The notes: a model not told the origin generated them from the letters alone. A stretch of 64,000 nucleotides of DNA from Entomortierella parvispora E1425 (GCA_020891255.1 BQFW01000002.1:2914001-2978000); one strand, 5' to 3'; counted from the first letter of the stretch, positions 20,552 to 34,200 are shown. Made by a program: numbers and translations.

Positions 20552-22783
20552 TCAGAAATCTCCAATGTAGGGAGAACGAGGCGACGCTGTTCCAGAATCT
20601 GATAGATGGCCTCCTGCAGAAGATCCACTCGATGACAAGGAAGGACTTGCGCCGCTTTCGCCCACTTTTGACGATGTTGCAGCCCATGGTTGTTGCTGTT
20701 GCTGTTGTTGCTGCTGGATATTCTTCAAGGTCACGACCGAGAGTTTGGAGCTTGTCTTGCGTTTCGTCAGAGATGGCTTGGCGGTGATTACCGGGGAGGT
20801 GATGCCACCCTGCCCTGCCGGCTGCGGTCCCTGTTGCTGTTGCTCAGCAGAAAGTTGGGGGCTTAAGGAGGCGGCTACTGGTCGAGATGAAAGAGATGGA
20901 GAACCCAAAGCCGGTGAAGGCAGATTAAAATTCCCCTTGGGTGTTACTGGAGAAGAGGTGGAAGTAGAGGAGAGAGAGGCGGGCCCAAAGGATTCCGACT
21001 TTGGAAGGTTGATCTTTGTAGGCCGCGATGCTTTCCGTCGAATACTGGAGGTGGGACTCTCTTGAGACGCTGAAGTAACGGCAGCATTCATGGCCGTGAA
21101 TGTGGCAGGGGAATAGGATCCATGTTCTGGCATTGTCAGGGTAACCGAGGAGGATGTGTTGACTCCATTATGTCGTTCTTGCCAATGCTGTTGCTCTTCT
21201 TCTGCTGCAATTTCGGCGTCATCCCTGGTCATGACATCGAATCCGAGTCCTGTGATCATGATCCTAGGCGAGTTGACACGCTGGGGTGCTCGAACGCTCA
21301 AGGGCAAAGCGGATGCAGTGGCTGTACTCGGTTCTTCACCCTCAACGGATGAGCTATGGCTCGAAGTGTGTTTCAGACTGTGTTTTTGTTCGATACGTGC
21401 GGCCACGTTGACAAAGCTTGGAAGGTACTCGTGTTGACTGGAATCAAAGACGTAGCAAGCTGGTCCAGGGGGAAATTCTGTATATCGAGGTGAGGATGCT
21501 GTAGAAGGTATATCCTCTTCTTGAGTTGTAGAAGGATCCTGTAGAGCTCCATGCGCTTGCTGGCCAGTAACCTGCGATGGCAGATCTTGCTCTGGCCCTT
21601 GGTCTACCCATGCCAAGGTGTTGGGCTCTGTGAACGCCTTTGCAACTTGCCTCAATCCGGTCGATCTTCTTGATAAACCAGCCGCGACGGGACGAGTTGT
21701 GTTTTCTTTTTCACCTCCCAGCGCCTTGTCTTTTTGTAGGTTGGGAGGCAAAGTTGGTGAATCGGGAGGTTCGAGAACCATTCTTGGGCGTGGAGGTGGT
21801 GACAGCGTTGCTCCCACCAGGCTGTGAGTATCTCTTTCTTCCAACTCCATGGCTTCACCGCTCGTTCCTGCAGCGGTAGCAGCATTGGCTGCCATTGTTC
21901 TTGCGAAATAATTTTGTTGCAACGAGAGGGGGATAGGACCCTGGACATATCTCTGGGGGTCGTCTCTTGTTCTGTTCTCAAGCCAGTCCAGTTCTCGTTT
22001 CCGAGGAGGATCTGTGGTGCGGTCATCCCCGACCTGCCCACCCCCTCCTTCACCATAGTAGCCAAAACCACCACCTCCAGCACCGCCTCCTGGGAGTGTG
22101 TGTCCTCCAGCGGGGACGTTGTCCTCTTCTGGATCATCGGGTCTAAACTGTCCTCGTCCTCCGTAATAATTCCGATGGTCGCCGTAACGACCACTTGATC
22201 CACAGAGGCCAAAGATGAGACAAAAGTCCAATAGCCAGAGCAAGGCTGCCACAATCCCCAAAACCGCGCAGGCTCGGTCCATCTCTGAATATGTGTTGTT
22301 GCAGAGATCGCTCTGGCTGTAGTGTTCTCCGTCGTGGAAGTCGGGGTGGGTGTTGCTTGGGATGATACTGCTGTAGGCGTTGTCACTGTGCTTCCTGGGG
22401 AGTAGAGCGATCTTGCTTAAAGACGAATCTATGCCCGTCCCGTCCGCTATTTGCTCGCTCAGTCGATTGCATTCAACTCCTCTTCGACCTAGGATAAAGC
22501 CCAAAGTCGATCCGGCAATCAGCACGGCACAGACAAAAACACAGCAGAATCCGTGCAAATAAGCCCACCGATGGTTGTCTGGTTGTCGACGATGGTTCAA
22601 GGCGGCCCAGAACGCATAGATAAAGGCCAGTGCTCCCGAAACAACCATGGCGAGGGGCTCATTGGTAAAGTTGGAATGAGATTGTATTCGATAGTGGAGG
22701 AGAAAGACGGCTGTCGCTACCAGAGATATGGAGATGATTAACTGGAACGCCCGGACAATGTTGTGGGTTGGACTGGACGGCAT
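20552..22783 (-). CDS. Four-TM MARVEL-like membrane protein with long disordered C-terminal tail
   Basis: ATG at 22783. Four hydrophobic helices in the first about 195 aa (VRAFQLIISISLVATAVFLL; LAMVVSGALAFIYAFWAAL; CCVFVCAVLIAGSTLGFIL; ACAVLGIVAALLWLLDFCLIF) with a Cys pair in the third loop. Confidence 0.72.
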   Translation of the reverse strand: MPSSPTHNIVRAFQLIISISLVATAVFLLHYRIQSHSNFTNEPLAMVVSGALAFIYAFWAALNHRRQPDNHRWAYLHGFCCVFVCAVLIAGSTLGFILGRRGVECNRLSEQIADGTGIDSSLSKIALLPRKHSDNAYSSIIPSNTHPDFHDGEHYSQSDLCNNTYSEMDRACAVLGIVAALLWLLDFCLIFGLCGSSGRYGDHRNYYGGRGQFRPDDPEEDNVPAGGHTLPGGGAGGGGFGYYGEGGGGQVGDDRTTDPPRKRELDWLENRTRDDPQRYVQGPIPLSLQQNYFARTMAANAATAAGTSGEAMELEERDTHSLVGATLSPPPRPRMVLEPPDSPTLPPNLQKDKALGGEKENTTRPVAAGLSRRSTGLRQVAKAFTEPNTLAWVDQGPEQDLPSQVTGQQAHGALQDPSTTQEEDIPSTASSPRYTEFPPGPACYVFDSSQHEYLPSFVNVAARIEQKHSLKHTSSHSSSVEGEEPSTATASALPLSVRAPQRVNSPRIMITGLGFDVMTRDDAEIAAEEEQQHWQERHNGVNTSSSVTLTMPEHGSYSPATFTAMNAAVTSASQESPTSSIRRKASRPTKINLPKSESFGPASLSSTSTSSPVTPKGNFNLPSPALGSPSLSSRPVAASLSPQLSAEQQQQGPQPAGQGGITSPVITAKPSLTKRKTSSKLSVVTLKNIQQQQQQQQQPWAATSSKVGESGASPSLSSSGSSAGGHLSDSGTASPRSPYIGDF

Positions 22784-23529
22784 CTTTTTTCTGTTCTTCT
22801 CTTGAAGACTCGAGCCGAGGTATATGAGAGGATGAGGGGATGAAGGTGAAGGAAGGGAGGAAGGCAATTATCGGGAAGTCTATGTTGCGTTTGTCGGGTA
22901 TAAGGATAGAGAAAGAGCACAACAATGACGCAGAAGGACGGTGGTTTGCTTTGGGGAAACGAAAGAAGGGTCGGGAGGGAAAAGAGCGAGGGAATGTCTC
23001 TTCCGAGACCCTTCTGTGTTGGAGGAGGTCTCACTCGCGGCGCCACACTTTACCACGGTCAGAAAACAGCCGGTCGTCACCACCATCCTCGGTGTGGGCA
23101 TGCTCGGCAAATAACTAGACCGCTACTCGCGTAGCGCGCCAGCAAAAAAAAGGCGAAGCGAACGTAGCGGTGCTTGGTGTTGGCCTCGAATGATGGCCCC
23201 TTGTTAATGAGGTGATCTCTTCCAATGGCGGGCCGCTCATGCGCTCATTGGGTCTTTGCCACCAATTCCTTGGCAAAGACCAAGCCACTATCAAACATTT
23301 TTGGGCGCAGTCCATTGGTCTGCTTTTCATTCTCTCACGGTACCGGGGCCAGGATACCATGGCCCAGGCTGGCCGTTAGCAGAAGGGTCTGTCTTGCACA
23401 TTACAGTAATCAAGAACGTTTTCATCATGGTTCTCAACTCACATCTGGTCCCTTTGTTATTCTACCTCTTCAATAATACCTTTTTTTTATTGCAAATTCC
23501 TCCGGTCTGTCTGTCTCTCTTTCTTTCTT

Positions 23530-24495
23530 TAGACCTCGTTGCGATGGTGACGCGATGCAGGCCTCTACTCTTGTACCGGTCGCGTTCATTTTCCATGCCT
23601 AGTCGCGCCTCTTAGACTCCACGTCCGCTTCATCCTTTTCTTTATGGGCCATCAGTTTAACTCGCATTGATAAAACCTGCCGAACTCGATGTTCGAGTAT
23701 CTCTGTGGCAAAAGACTATGACGCTCCTTTGTTCTCTTGTTCGTCCGCGGGAACGAACTCGTGCCCTTTGGAGTTGAAATCGATGGATTTAAAGTGCGGG
23801 AATCAGGACTAGATAACAGGATGCTCGGTCCAATCGAGGTTCAATCTTTGGAGCGCGCCACGATTGAGACCTTGGTCCATACGCTCATTATCAAGGGTCC
23901 TCGAACTCCAAGACTCTGATATTTAGAGTCAACCATGTCCTCAATATACCACTCCACATTGATATTTCGGGGACTTTTGAGCCTGGCGATAATGTGCTAG
24001 CGACGAAGGATCCGGGGTTCCAACACAATGGAGCTCTACTTTCTCTTGTATGGAATCGTAATGTCGCAGTAAGAGCGCGTCCGTATTGTCACCGTGGTCG
24101 CCATCATTATCGTGTTCTTGTCCCTAGTTCGTTTCGTTGTCGCTGTCATGCCACTCAAATATATTGTTTTCGGAAGAGTCCAGGAGCTGAGGTGGAGATG
24201 GCAGCATGGAGGCAATTACGTTTGAATATTCGTCTTGCCTGACGTAAATCTGCGACTCGAAATCCATAACTGCTGATAGTCCAGATCGAGGGGCTTAAGC
24301 GCCAGAGCCGATACTGCTCGACCAGCACGAAAGGATATTTCCATTTAGCCCCCAGTCAACGGAATGGGTGGAAGAAAAGACGCCAAGAGCGGGATACCGT
24401 GCGGCAGTGTGGCGTGTGAGGTACGGGGTGATGATGACAAGGACTAAGTGAATGTCAATGATTGAGACACGTAAGGATAGAGGGAGGGGGTTCAT
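23530..24495 (-). pseudogene. Decayed, internally deleted paralog of the F-box gene at 5218-7200
   Basis: Fragments across frames match the intact gene: MNPLPLSLRVSIIDIHLVLVIITPYLT; CRTVSRSWRLFFHPFR*; SIWTIS; EWYIE...GVRGPL; QGLNRGALQRLNLDWTEHP; RYKSR. There are multiple stops and frameshifts, and it is about half the intact length. Confidence 0.85.
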
Positions 24496-26372
24496 GAACA
24501 AGGAGAAAAAAAGGGATCAGGTGGGGAAACATGTAGTTATTTTGGACTTTCGGACGGAGGCGCAGTGACCCTTGGGGAAGCTTTGGCAGCGGGGCCCGGG
24601 AACAGACTTTGGGTCCTCTGAACTCTGTGTACCCCCAAATTTGAAAAGTGAAGGGCAGCCAATGAGGGGCGGTCTGGTCCAACGACCGTTGTTTTTGCCA
24701 CCGTTGATGGCCACGCGATTCTTGTTCGCGTTTATTGGTGACGTTGGACTGGGTGAGAGGGCAGACAGACACAGGGCTGGATTGGGTTGGGAGCAAGAGG
24801 CTAATGAGGAGAAAAAATGGCATCAATCTCCGAGCGAGCACAACACAAACAATTGTTGGCGGGGTCCAGAATCAACACAACGGAAAGAAAGGTGGGCGAG
24901 AGCCGTGAACAGTTGTCCCATCTCAAGCTTGAGTCCCTGCTCCACCTGTCTTGGGATGAGAGCCTCTGGGATGGAGGAAATCTATCGATATTACCATGAC
25001 GACAGTTCTCCTGTTGAAGGCAGGACAGGATGCGAAGATTCTTGCCGTTGTGTGAGGGTGCGGACAAGTTGGAGGTGGAGGTGGTGTGTGAATGTAGACA
25101 TGCAAGAGGCCACGAAGGCGACACCCTGGCGAGTCCAAGTCGGTTCCCTTCTCTCGTGTCTCTTTCTCCTTTGTTTCTTGAGTCTCCCCCCCTCGCAGTT
25201 CTGCACACAGAGGGGCATGCTCCTTTTTTTGACTTTCTTCTCTTTCTCTCTCTCTTTCTCCTCAAACAAAAGAGAGAGAGAGAAAGGCTGAGAAAAGAGA
25301 CCATCGTTCCCTCCTTTACTTCCCATCCATTCCCATTGCCCCATTTCGCAGAGTGCATTCCAGTTCCCCAGTCGCGGCCATTTCCCCTGGAGCCCTTCTC
25401 TCTCGAGGTAACAACACACGGCAAAGAAGACAGAGGCACCGCACCCTTGCGCCCTTTTTTTCGCTCGTTTTTTGCCCACCAGCCAGCCAATCCACCCCGC
25501 CCACGCCAGCGCAGACGCGTTAGCACCCTGTCTACCTTTCCTTTATATCCACGCGCAGTTGTTATCATAATTGCTTGGCCACCCTGTCAGTCTTTTTTCA
25601 GTGTCATTGTGGCCCTTCAATCCCGCCTCTCCCTCGCCTCGCCTCGCGACGACGGTGCTCTTGTTCCCTCCTGTCTTGTCTTTGCCTTGCTTGCTTGCCC
25701 AACCAACCAACCAGCCCTCACCCTGCCCTCGTTCGTTCGTTTTTCCCTCGCTTTTTTTTTTTTTTTTATTGTTCTTGTTCTCTTGCCACTCGCTTGCTCC
25801 ATTGCGCTTTCCCACTTTGCATTCGTCTCTTTCATTCCCCTTTGTTCCGCTCGTTCTTGCATACAGACACACACTCGCCCGCAGAACCACTGCCACCACA
25901 TACTGCACCACACCACTCGTCTTTGTCCAGGGTGTGTGTTTTCTCCTTCCATCCCCCCCTTCGTCTCTCCTGCCAGGCTAGCCAGGAGTAGCACCAAGGA
26001 AGACATCGACGGTATTATTCCATTTTTACTCTCTCCCCATCTACCCCCCTATTTTGTTGTGTTCCCAAAATCAATCGCTCTCGATTCTCTTATTCTCTTT
26101 CACAAGTGGGTGGGTATCAAGCACGCACTACGTCGCTCTGTCGATTCGATTCACTTTTTCCTTTCTGCCTGGCCCCCTTCTACTTTTGCCTCGAACTCCT
26201 TGACTTGAACCTGCCTTGACTGAACTCGCTCCAGCTTCATACTCCTTGTCGTCCTCCGTCATTGTCCTTGTCCCACTCTGCTCACCCGTGCTCTCTTTGC
26301 AACAATAGACATACAGCCACCTAATATCACCGAGCCGGTCTTCGAGTCCTCCCTTCCACTCTCTCTTCGTGC

Positions 26373-29300
26373 ATGTTGCATGCCCCTCCCCTTCCTCTAC
26401 CCCTATCGAATATGCCCATCGTCCTCAACTTGAACCCTTCTCAGCCCACCCCCTCTGCTCAACAACAACAACAACAAGATCCACAACATCCGCCATCGAC
26501 AGAACTTGAGCCTGCCGCCGCACTGGACCAGCGCGGTCGGCTCCGACAATCCTCCAGGAGAACATTGAGCTCTCAAAGTCTAGTTCGACTCAAGAAGGAT
26601 GTCGAGGCTTCTCTGCTCCTTGGCAACAACAACGACACCAACAGCAACAATCACAACAACAGTAACAACGACAACAACAACGACTCCCCAGCGACAGGCG
26701 ACGCCGTTGTAGCTGGCGATCTCCAGGAATCTGACCTCAGCGAGAGCAGGTCGGCGGCCTTGACAGCTGCAGCCTCCGCCCGCCTCGGTCGCAAACTCCT
26801 TCTCTCACACTCCCGTTGCCCCTCCCCCACGCCCAGCGGTGCGACCCTCTCCTCTCTGTCTTCTGCCTCCCCCTCGTCGTCTGTTTGTGCTTCACCTGTC
26901 CTCTCCACAGTCAGTGCGATCACGACCCGCTCTACGGTTGTGGCCAACTGTCGCCCCTTTGTTACGTCTGCCGTCTTGGTGCCCGTTAGTGTTTGCGCTC
27001 ACGCCTCACCCTTACTAGAGATTGGAAACACCGAGTCGTTTTCGGGAAACGAGCCCGTCTTGTCGACGTCGACATCCACGACGACGACTTTCTCCACAGC
27101 AACGACAGCCCGATCGCTGCAGGAAAGACGGGGTAAAGAAAACTACCAGCCTGAACCCCGTGGCATCCGCGTCAGCCGTTCCTCCAGCACTGCTTCGACT
27201 GGCCGAGTACCCCAGCGGTCATCCGAGTCTGAGACTCCCTCCTGTCTTCAACTCGATAGCAGTAATAGCAATAGCAACAGCAGCGATACTACCCACAAGC
27301 CCATCGTGCCCTCCGCCGGTAATGTCGTTGCTGCCGCGGAGCAGCGCAATCGTGTTCGTGTCTCCACCGCTCAGGAGACTGGAAGAATGACCGAGACAGC
27401 GGGTGAGTCACACACACCTGTAGCTGTCTCCTCTGGTGGCCAGAGGGAAAATCAGTCCAAGGATCCCATCCCTGGTCCAGCGATTCCTCCCGCAACACCC
27501 GCAGGAACAGCAGCTGTAGTCGACGTGACAGAGAAGCCGGCCATCTCGTATGCAAACTTGATTCTGCAGGCCATCTCCGAGTCGCCCCTGCAGCGCCTGA
27601 CCCTTTGCGACATCTACGCGTGGATCAAGGACAGACACCCGTACTACCAGTACTCATCCAGTGGTTGGCAGGTAAGAGCAGGTTACTCATTCCCTCTGTT
27701 ACTTGTCCTTGTATTGTTCTCTGGCGACAACACCTCTAAACGCTGTTCTCTTTGCTTTCCTCCTCTTCCTTTCCCCCCTCTTGTCTTTTTTTCTTGAATC
27801 CTCTCCCTTAGAACTCGATCAGGCACAATCTGTCCCTGAACAAAGCGTTCCAGAAGCTGGAGCGCAACATGGGCGAGCCAGGCAAAGGTTGCTTCTGGAC
27901 CCTGCACGAAGACGCTCACGCGATCTGTGCAGCCTCTGCCTGTAAAAAGACCAAGAAATCAGAGGAGGCGCCTTCTGACAATGGATCCCTGTCCAAAGAT
28001 CAGACCTCTGTTGCTGGCACAGTGCGTGCAAAATCCACAAGCGCCTCTTTGCCTCGTCTGAACTGCCAACGTCAGGATCTGAGGCGGCCCACTCCCAAGA
28101 GGTATTCCTCTGCTCGTGCACTGACACCACCCGAGTCAGTGTCTGGGTTGCACACGAGCGGTAACGCTGCATCCCTGCCAGAGTCTGTGCACTCTCCCGC
28201 GGCTTTGGATGACACAGAAGAACCAATGAGCCCTCGTCGGAGTGGTCGAGCTCGTCGTCCTCCCCGTGCGAAAGAAATCGATGAGTATACAGTCCACACA
28301 CCCTCTGGTGCCAGCTCTCTCTCGACTCCTCCTTGGTCGCCTGGGCGCGATGAGTCGGATGATGAAGACAAGACAGAGGGTCTCAAAGAGTCGAGCTCTG
28401 AAGACTCAAACCTTCTCTCGCCCTCGGAGTCCAAGGCCAAGGCAGCGATCCTTGCTCAAGCTGCTCCAGCCCAAATGACCTCCCAACGTATCCGACGACC
28501 TCCACAGAACCTGGCTGACTTTGTATCCTCCGAGGATTTCAAGGCCGCACCCTATACCAAGAGACCCGTGGGTCGTCCTCCCTTGATGAGCGCTGCTTCT
28601 TCTCCCAATTTGATTGGAGACAAAGACCGTCTTGACCGGAAGCGATCCCGGGACGATCTCGTCAAAGCTCTTCAAAATGATGACGATCAGAGCGAGCCCC
28701 ACTCAAAATTTGACCGAGAGATGAAGCGAGAACGCTCAGCCAGCTCAGCCGAGCCCGCAAGCGCTCCTTTGCCCATGAGCCAAGGGTCCAATTCGACCTC
28801 TCTGACTCGGCCTCCATTGCCTCATCGTCCTGCATCCGTTTCTCTCAGTGCTCTGAGCCATTCCAAGCGCCCGAGTGAAGACTTTTCGTCTCGCAACGGC
28901 AAAAAGCAGAGACGTGACGCCGAACAACGCCACCAGGAAAGACAACGCTCTAGGTCTGGATCGAGATCCCAAAGCTCTGAAAACGTCTATGAGCGCCGTC
29001 GGAGGGAAGGCAAGAGAGAAATCATGGTTGCCTCGGAGGATGACTGGTCCGACTCTGATTTTGATTGTTTGAGGGATGAGGAAGAGAACTATCGAATGAG
29101 CCTTCGACGAGCGGGTCTCGACGACAGACGGCACTTGGAGGGTTTCGGACGTGGCAGCCAAAGCGACGGAGTTGGTCTTTTGTTGGACCCCTCTGCCATT
29201 ACCTATGGATTCGATAGCTGCGATGCAGAGTATATCCTGAACTTTAATCAGGGGCCTTTGTTCAACAATGTGTCATGGCCAGAGTTTTCGGACAGCAAGG

Positions 29301-29653
29301 AGGATGCCTTGGTCCCGGCTTCTTCAATGGCCGATCAGAATGAGACAGACTCGCAGGAACTCGACTACATCCAAAAGGAATGGGCGCTCTTGACAGCTAA
29401 TATCAGTCAGGGCCCAGGCAGTCCCACAGACGAGCTGTTGCTGTTAAACAACATCGATCTGGAGGCGGACGAGGATTCTCCCAATCGATCAGAGACGCCA
29501 GAGATGCAGCTTCCATTACGACTAGAGGATTGCGCCATGGAAGCTACACATGCTGTCTTGGAATTGAACAAGGTTGCGTCATCTTGTTCATCAGCCAAGG
29601 AAGACGACGTCGAGTTCCTGAAGGACTATATTGGATGGTCTCTTTGCGACTGA
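26373..29653 (+). CDS. Forkhead (winged-helix) transcription factor; exons 26373 (or 26412)-27671, 27812-29653
   Basis: KPAISYANLILQAISESPLQRLTLCDIYAWIKDRHPYY...GWQ|NSIRHNLSLNKAF...PGKGCFW, joined by a GTAAGA..TTAG intron. Confidence 0.93.
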
Positions 29654-30591
29654 AAGAATATGAACGAAACACCATGGAAGGAGGAACCAACAAACGATAG
29701 ATGGCATCAATACAGTAATCCAAAGGATGCAGACAGTAGCAGCCTCTGCCGCCATTGTGAAAACTTGTGGAAGCTACTGCAACTAGCTCCTCGGCCAGGA
29801 ACACCAGCACCCACCACACAATAACCAACACTCAAAGGACAACCTCGCCCTCTCTCCCCTCCTTCGTGGAACAAGAACCAGCATAGTGTATTCAACCATC
29901 CGTTCCTTTCTCACTCCACATCCTGTACATTATTACTTTTATTTTTTTTCCGCTTTTTCTACATTTTTTTTCTTTTTTTTTTTCAAGAACTTTTTTTTTC
30001 TTTTTTTCTTTTTTTGTTCTTGACAAGTTACGCTTCGACTAGTCTCACTGTTCATAATTCTATAAAGAGATCCCGATTTGTCCAGTGTCGAGAACACATG
30101 CAAGGTCCCATTTTCTCTTGCAGTCGGGATACGGACTGACTTAGGATCTCACAACCCTATTCCAGTTAGACTTGAACAACATGAGCCTTGGACGCTCCTC
30201 CCGACGCGCCAATTTTGACGCGTCTTTGACCGCTCGATCATCCCCCTGTCTATCAAGCATCCTTGCCTGCTGGACTTGGCCAATATGTCCTCCTACCAAT
30301 CATGCACCTGGGTGAATCCGTTGCAGTTGGAGGGGTGACAACAGCGATGGTATTAAGAAAGTTCAACAGGTGACCCATTGATCTCTGGATCTTTCATCGT
30401 CCAAACCTCCTTTTTTTTGTACCTTCTTGACATCCCTATTTTGTTGTTGTTGTTATTGTGGGTGGCCGATATCATCCCTGCCGAAAGTCTGTTCCTGGAC
30501 CTCTGTTCGCCCACTCCCCCCTTCTGGCCTGTGAACCCATTGTGACCTGGCTCATTTTGTTGACACTTTGTATGTTTAAAACGTTCAGCGA

Positions 30592-30640
30592 GGGGGGGGG
30601 GGGGGGGGAAGGGAGAAGGGGAAAGGGGAAGGAAGGGCAG
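30592..30640 (+). repeat. G17 run plus G-tracts (potential G-quadruplex)
   Basis: ggggggggggggggggg aaggg agaagggg aaagggg is visible directly; G4 formation is inference. Confidence 0.55.
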
Positions 30641-31270
30641 CAATGGGCGCGTTGACTCTGAAAGCAACATTCAAAAAGCGATGGCCACAAGAAAATCAGG
30701 CGTGGTGTGTGGCATGTGGTGGAGGAAGGGGAGTCTTGCCCACTTTCAATTGCCCCCACCGCCCACCGCCCGCCCCCCATGCTTTTTTTCTTCCAGAGAA
30801 AAAAAAAAAAAAAGGTTGATCGGTACCCTGGAAATGACATCGCTTTTCTCATTCCTCTGGAGCCAGTCCTCTGGTCCTTTCTCCTCTCTTTTTTCTTTTC
30901 TTTCTTTCTTTCTTTCGTTGCTCTGCTTCCCCAATCGTAGCCTGTGCTGTTGCTATTCACAGTTTTCCCTTCCTTCTTTCACTTCCTCCTCGCCTACCTT
31001 TCCTCCTTTCTCTTCCTTCCTTTTGCACTGTTCTGCGACGACTTCCACTTTCTCCCCCTTTCTTTTTTGAAAGTCGTCCATCCTCCAACAGCTGTGAATT
31101 TATACTTGTCTTGCTCTCTTTTTCACTTTTGGCAGGAGTGAAGCACAATCATAATTTTATGACCCTCCTTATTCATCCATTTCCTCTTTTACTTTTCATA
31201 TCTAGCGATCATTTTAATCTAATCGTTTCTTTCATTACTTTGAGCTTGTTTTTCATCCAAGGTCTTCAAA

Positions 31271-34200
31271 ATGGCATCACTATCCTCTATTCTCTCTGGA
31301 AGTGCATCGCTCGTTTCGACAAAGTCGACAGGCTCCTTGGCAGCATCGGTCACTTCTTTGGCAGCAACGGCTCTTTCTTCCACCTTTGCCACGGCTACGT
31401 CTTCGGCCCTGTCAATACCAACGTCCTTGAACAGTGGGAACGGGACGACGGGGACTTCAGAGGCATCGACGGATACAAGTGACAAGGGAAAGATCGTGGG
31501 CTTGTCTCTTGCGATTGGCAGCGGTAATTTTTTTGTTTCTTTGAAAGTAAGGCGAGGGGCAAGTGCCAGGAAGAAAAAAAGACGACCATTCCCAACCATT
31601 GTGATGACGACAGACATTCATATCCATTCATGTCAGCAACCCAAACAGCCAACAACCGACGGCAACATCATGGTTGCAACTGGCCACTTTGCCTTCCTGT
31701 CCGCTTTTCTGTGCACACAGTGCAGAAAGGTCACGATGTGCCTGAGAAAAACAACAAAAAAAAACTCGTGCGATTTTCTAACCCCTATTTTTTTCAACGT
31801 TTTTTTTTTTTTTGTCTTTTTTACGTGGACCACCCAACCAACTTTTATCAAACTTCAGGGCTCTTGATCGGTTCCAGTTTTGTGTTCAAGAAGAAGGGAT
31901 TGATCAACTGCACCAAAAACGGAATGCTGGCGGGTGAAGGACATGCCTACCTCAAGTCAACCATGTGGTGGTCAGGGATGTTGATGAGTAAGTTGGATTT
32001 AGAAAAGTTCCAGGCAAAGGCAAAGAGAGAATGGATATGGATGCCAGATGTCGCCTTGAAACCCCTCAATCAAACCTTTGCTAATTCTATTGGACTCTGT
32101 TTTAGTGGTGGTGGGCGAGGTCTTCAACTTTGTCGCGTACGCGTTCGTGCAGCCGATCCTGGTGACACCTCTGGGAGCTCTTAGTGTTGTGATTTGGTAA
32201 GACTTTCTGCCAGAAGGAGACGCGTCGTGACATCCTTTTGACGTTACTGCAGAAAGGAGTTGATCCAGCCCTTTTGCCCCCTCGCCCCTCCCACCGCACT
32301 AACAGAACCTTGTGTTGCCATGTGTTTTTTTTAACCTATCCTACTTTATTTTAGCGCCATCCTGTCCTCCATATTCTTGAGGGAGCGATTGAGCATGCAG
32401 GGAAAAGTGGGTTGTGCCCAGTGCATCGTAGGCGCCACTATCATTGTCCTCCACGCACCCGAGCAGACAGCCGTCACGACGATCCAAGAATTCAAACATT
32501 ACATGATCCAGCCCATCTTCCTGACCTGGATGGCCCTTATCATCATTGCCTCTCTTCTTCTCATCTTCAAAGCCGGTCCTCGGTGGGGCAAGGAGCACAT
32601 GATGATATATATCGGGGTCTGCTCCTTGATCGGATCTCTTTCCGTGGTTTCGACACAGGGACTCGGTGCAGCCATTGTCCACAACATCTCGACGGGCGAA
32701 AGTCAGTTTGACAACTGGTTCATCTACTTTGTGATTGTGTTCATGGTCGTGACGCTGTTGACAGAGATCAATTACCTGAACAAGGCCCTGAATCTGTTTA
32801 ATACCGCCATGGTCACACCTACGTACTATGTCACCTTTACCTCCACCACCATCATCACATCCGCTATTTTGTACCAGGGTTTCGCCGCCAGCGTGGTCTC
32901 GATCTTGACCGTCTGTCTGGGGTTCTTGGTGATTTGTGGAGGAGTCTTGTTGTTGCAGACATCCAAACCTGTAGTACCTTTGCACATCCCAGGAAGTTCA
33001 ACGGCAGGCATTGTCGTGGGCACGATCACCTATGATGACATTGAACCGACAGCCGCCGATATGAGAGCCTCGCCTTTCAGCAGCATCCGAAGGATCACCC
33101 GCGATTTCTCCTCCGGCAACAGACCTTCACCCTCAGTCGTAGGTCATTCCAGCGTCTTCCAGAGCTCGCCATTGAACCCAAGGGCAGAAAGTCTTTTGCA
33201 GAGGAAACGGAGGGCTTCCAACGCTGCCGCTCAGCAGGCTCACGCCCAGGCCCTAGCTCAAGCACAGGCAAATGGTCATCTTCGGTCCTCACGGCCTGTG
33301 AGTATGATCAGTAATAATGGACTGTTGACGGTACCCTCAGGAACAACATCCGCCTCTACCTCCGCCGTCTCGTCTGCCGCCGTCGCCTCTGCTTCTGGAA
33401 TCGCCACAGCCACGGCAGGGATCACCAGTGCTTTTTACCCAAGTGCAACGGGTCCTTATTCAACCATGGTCTTGGGCCCCAACGGTGCACAGATTCGACT
33501 TCAGCTCTGTGAGATTGTCGTGTCGGATGAAAAGAACGAAACCAATCGCTATCAGGTGTACAGGCCCGTACCTGAGGACCAACTCTTGCCCCTCCCTCAT
33601 CCACAGAGTTTGCTCACACACCGAAGTCATTCTTCTTCCACGTCGGTCCCAGCAGGTGGAGGCAGTGTCTTTGCGGCTTTGAACCAGTACAACAGCCTGT
33701 CGTATAAACAGCCCCTGGTGGCCCCTCGAGGAAGTTTCTTGACCGACTCACGGTCCTCTTCGATTCGCTTCCAGGATTCTTCCGCACAAAGATCTTCTGT
33801 CGAAGAAAGCGCAACGGCTGAAGGCGAGAACGGTGGAAGTACGCAGTCGTCGAGTCCAACCAAGGTCTCGAGTCCAATCTCAGGATCATTGTTTATCCCC
33901 CCAAAGGTGGCCCTCGTACCCCCGACTCCCTCACCATCTTCTACAGCGTCCTCCAATTCAGCCACGGCTACCGTCACGTCCTCCACCCCCACTTCTCCAA
34001 CCACTGCCCCCACGACAGGCCCGCTAGTACCAGGAGGTTCATTCTTTACCCGCCCCCCGAACCGGTTCCGATCTCCTTCTTCAGCCTCGGCCAGGACAAC
34101 AGCCACGACGGGAACGAATGGAGGTGATATCATGGAGATGAACGACCCAGGTCATCTGGGACGTCCCGTCTTGGTCTCGATTGAACCTGTCCAACAGCAA

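Noticed and set aside
24517-26208. Several long overlapping ORFs (up to 392 aa) upstream of the forkhead gene
   Set aside because: They arise from CT/GA low-complexity promoter and leader sequence (F/L/S/P-rich or R/E/K-rich translations) and have no domain features.
30204-30223. Paired ACGCG/ACGCGT MCB-like elements
   Set aside because: Short motifs expected by chance; they lie downstream of one gene and about 1 kb from a non-cell-cycle gene.
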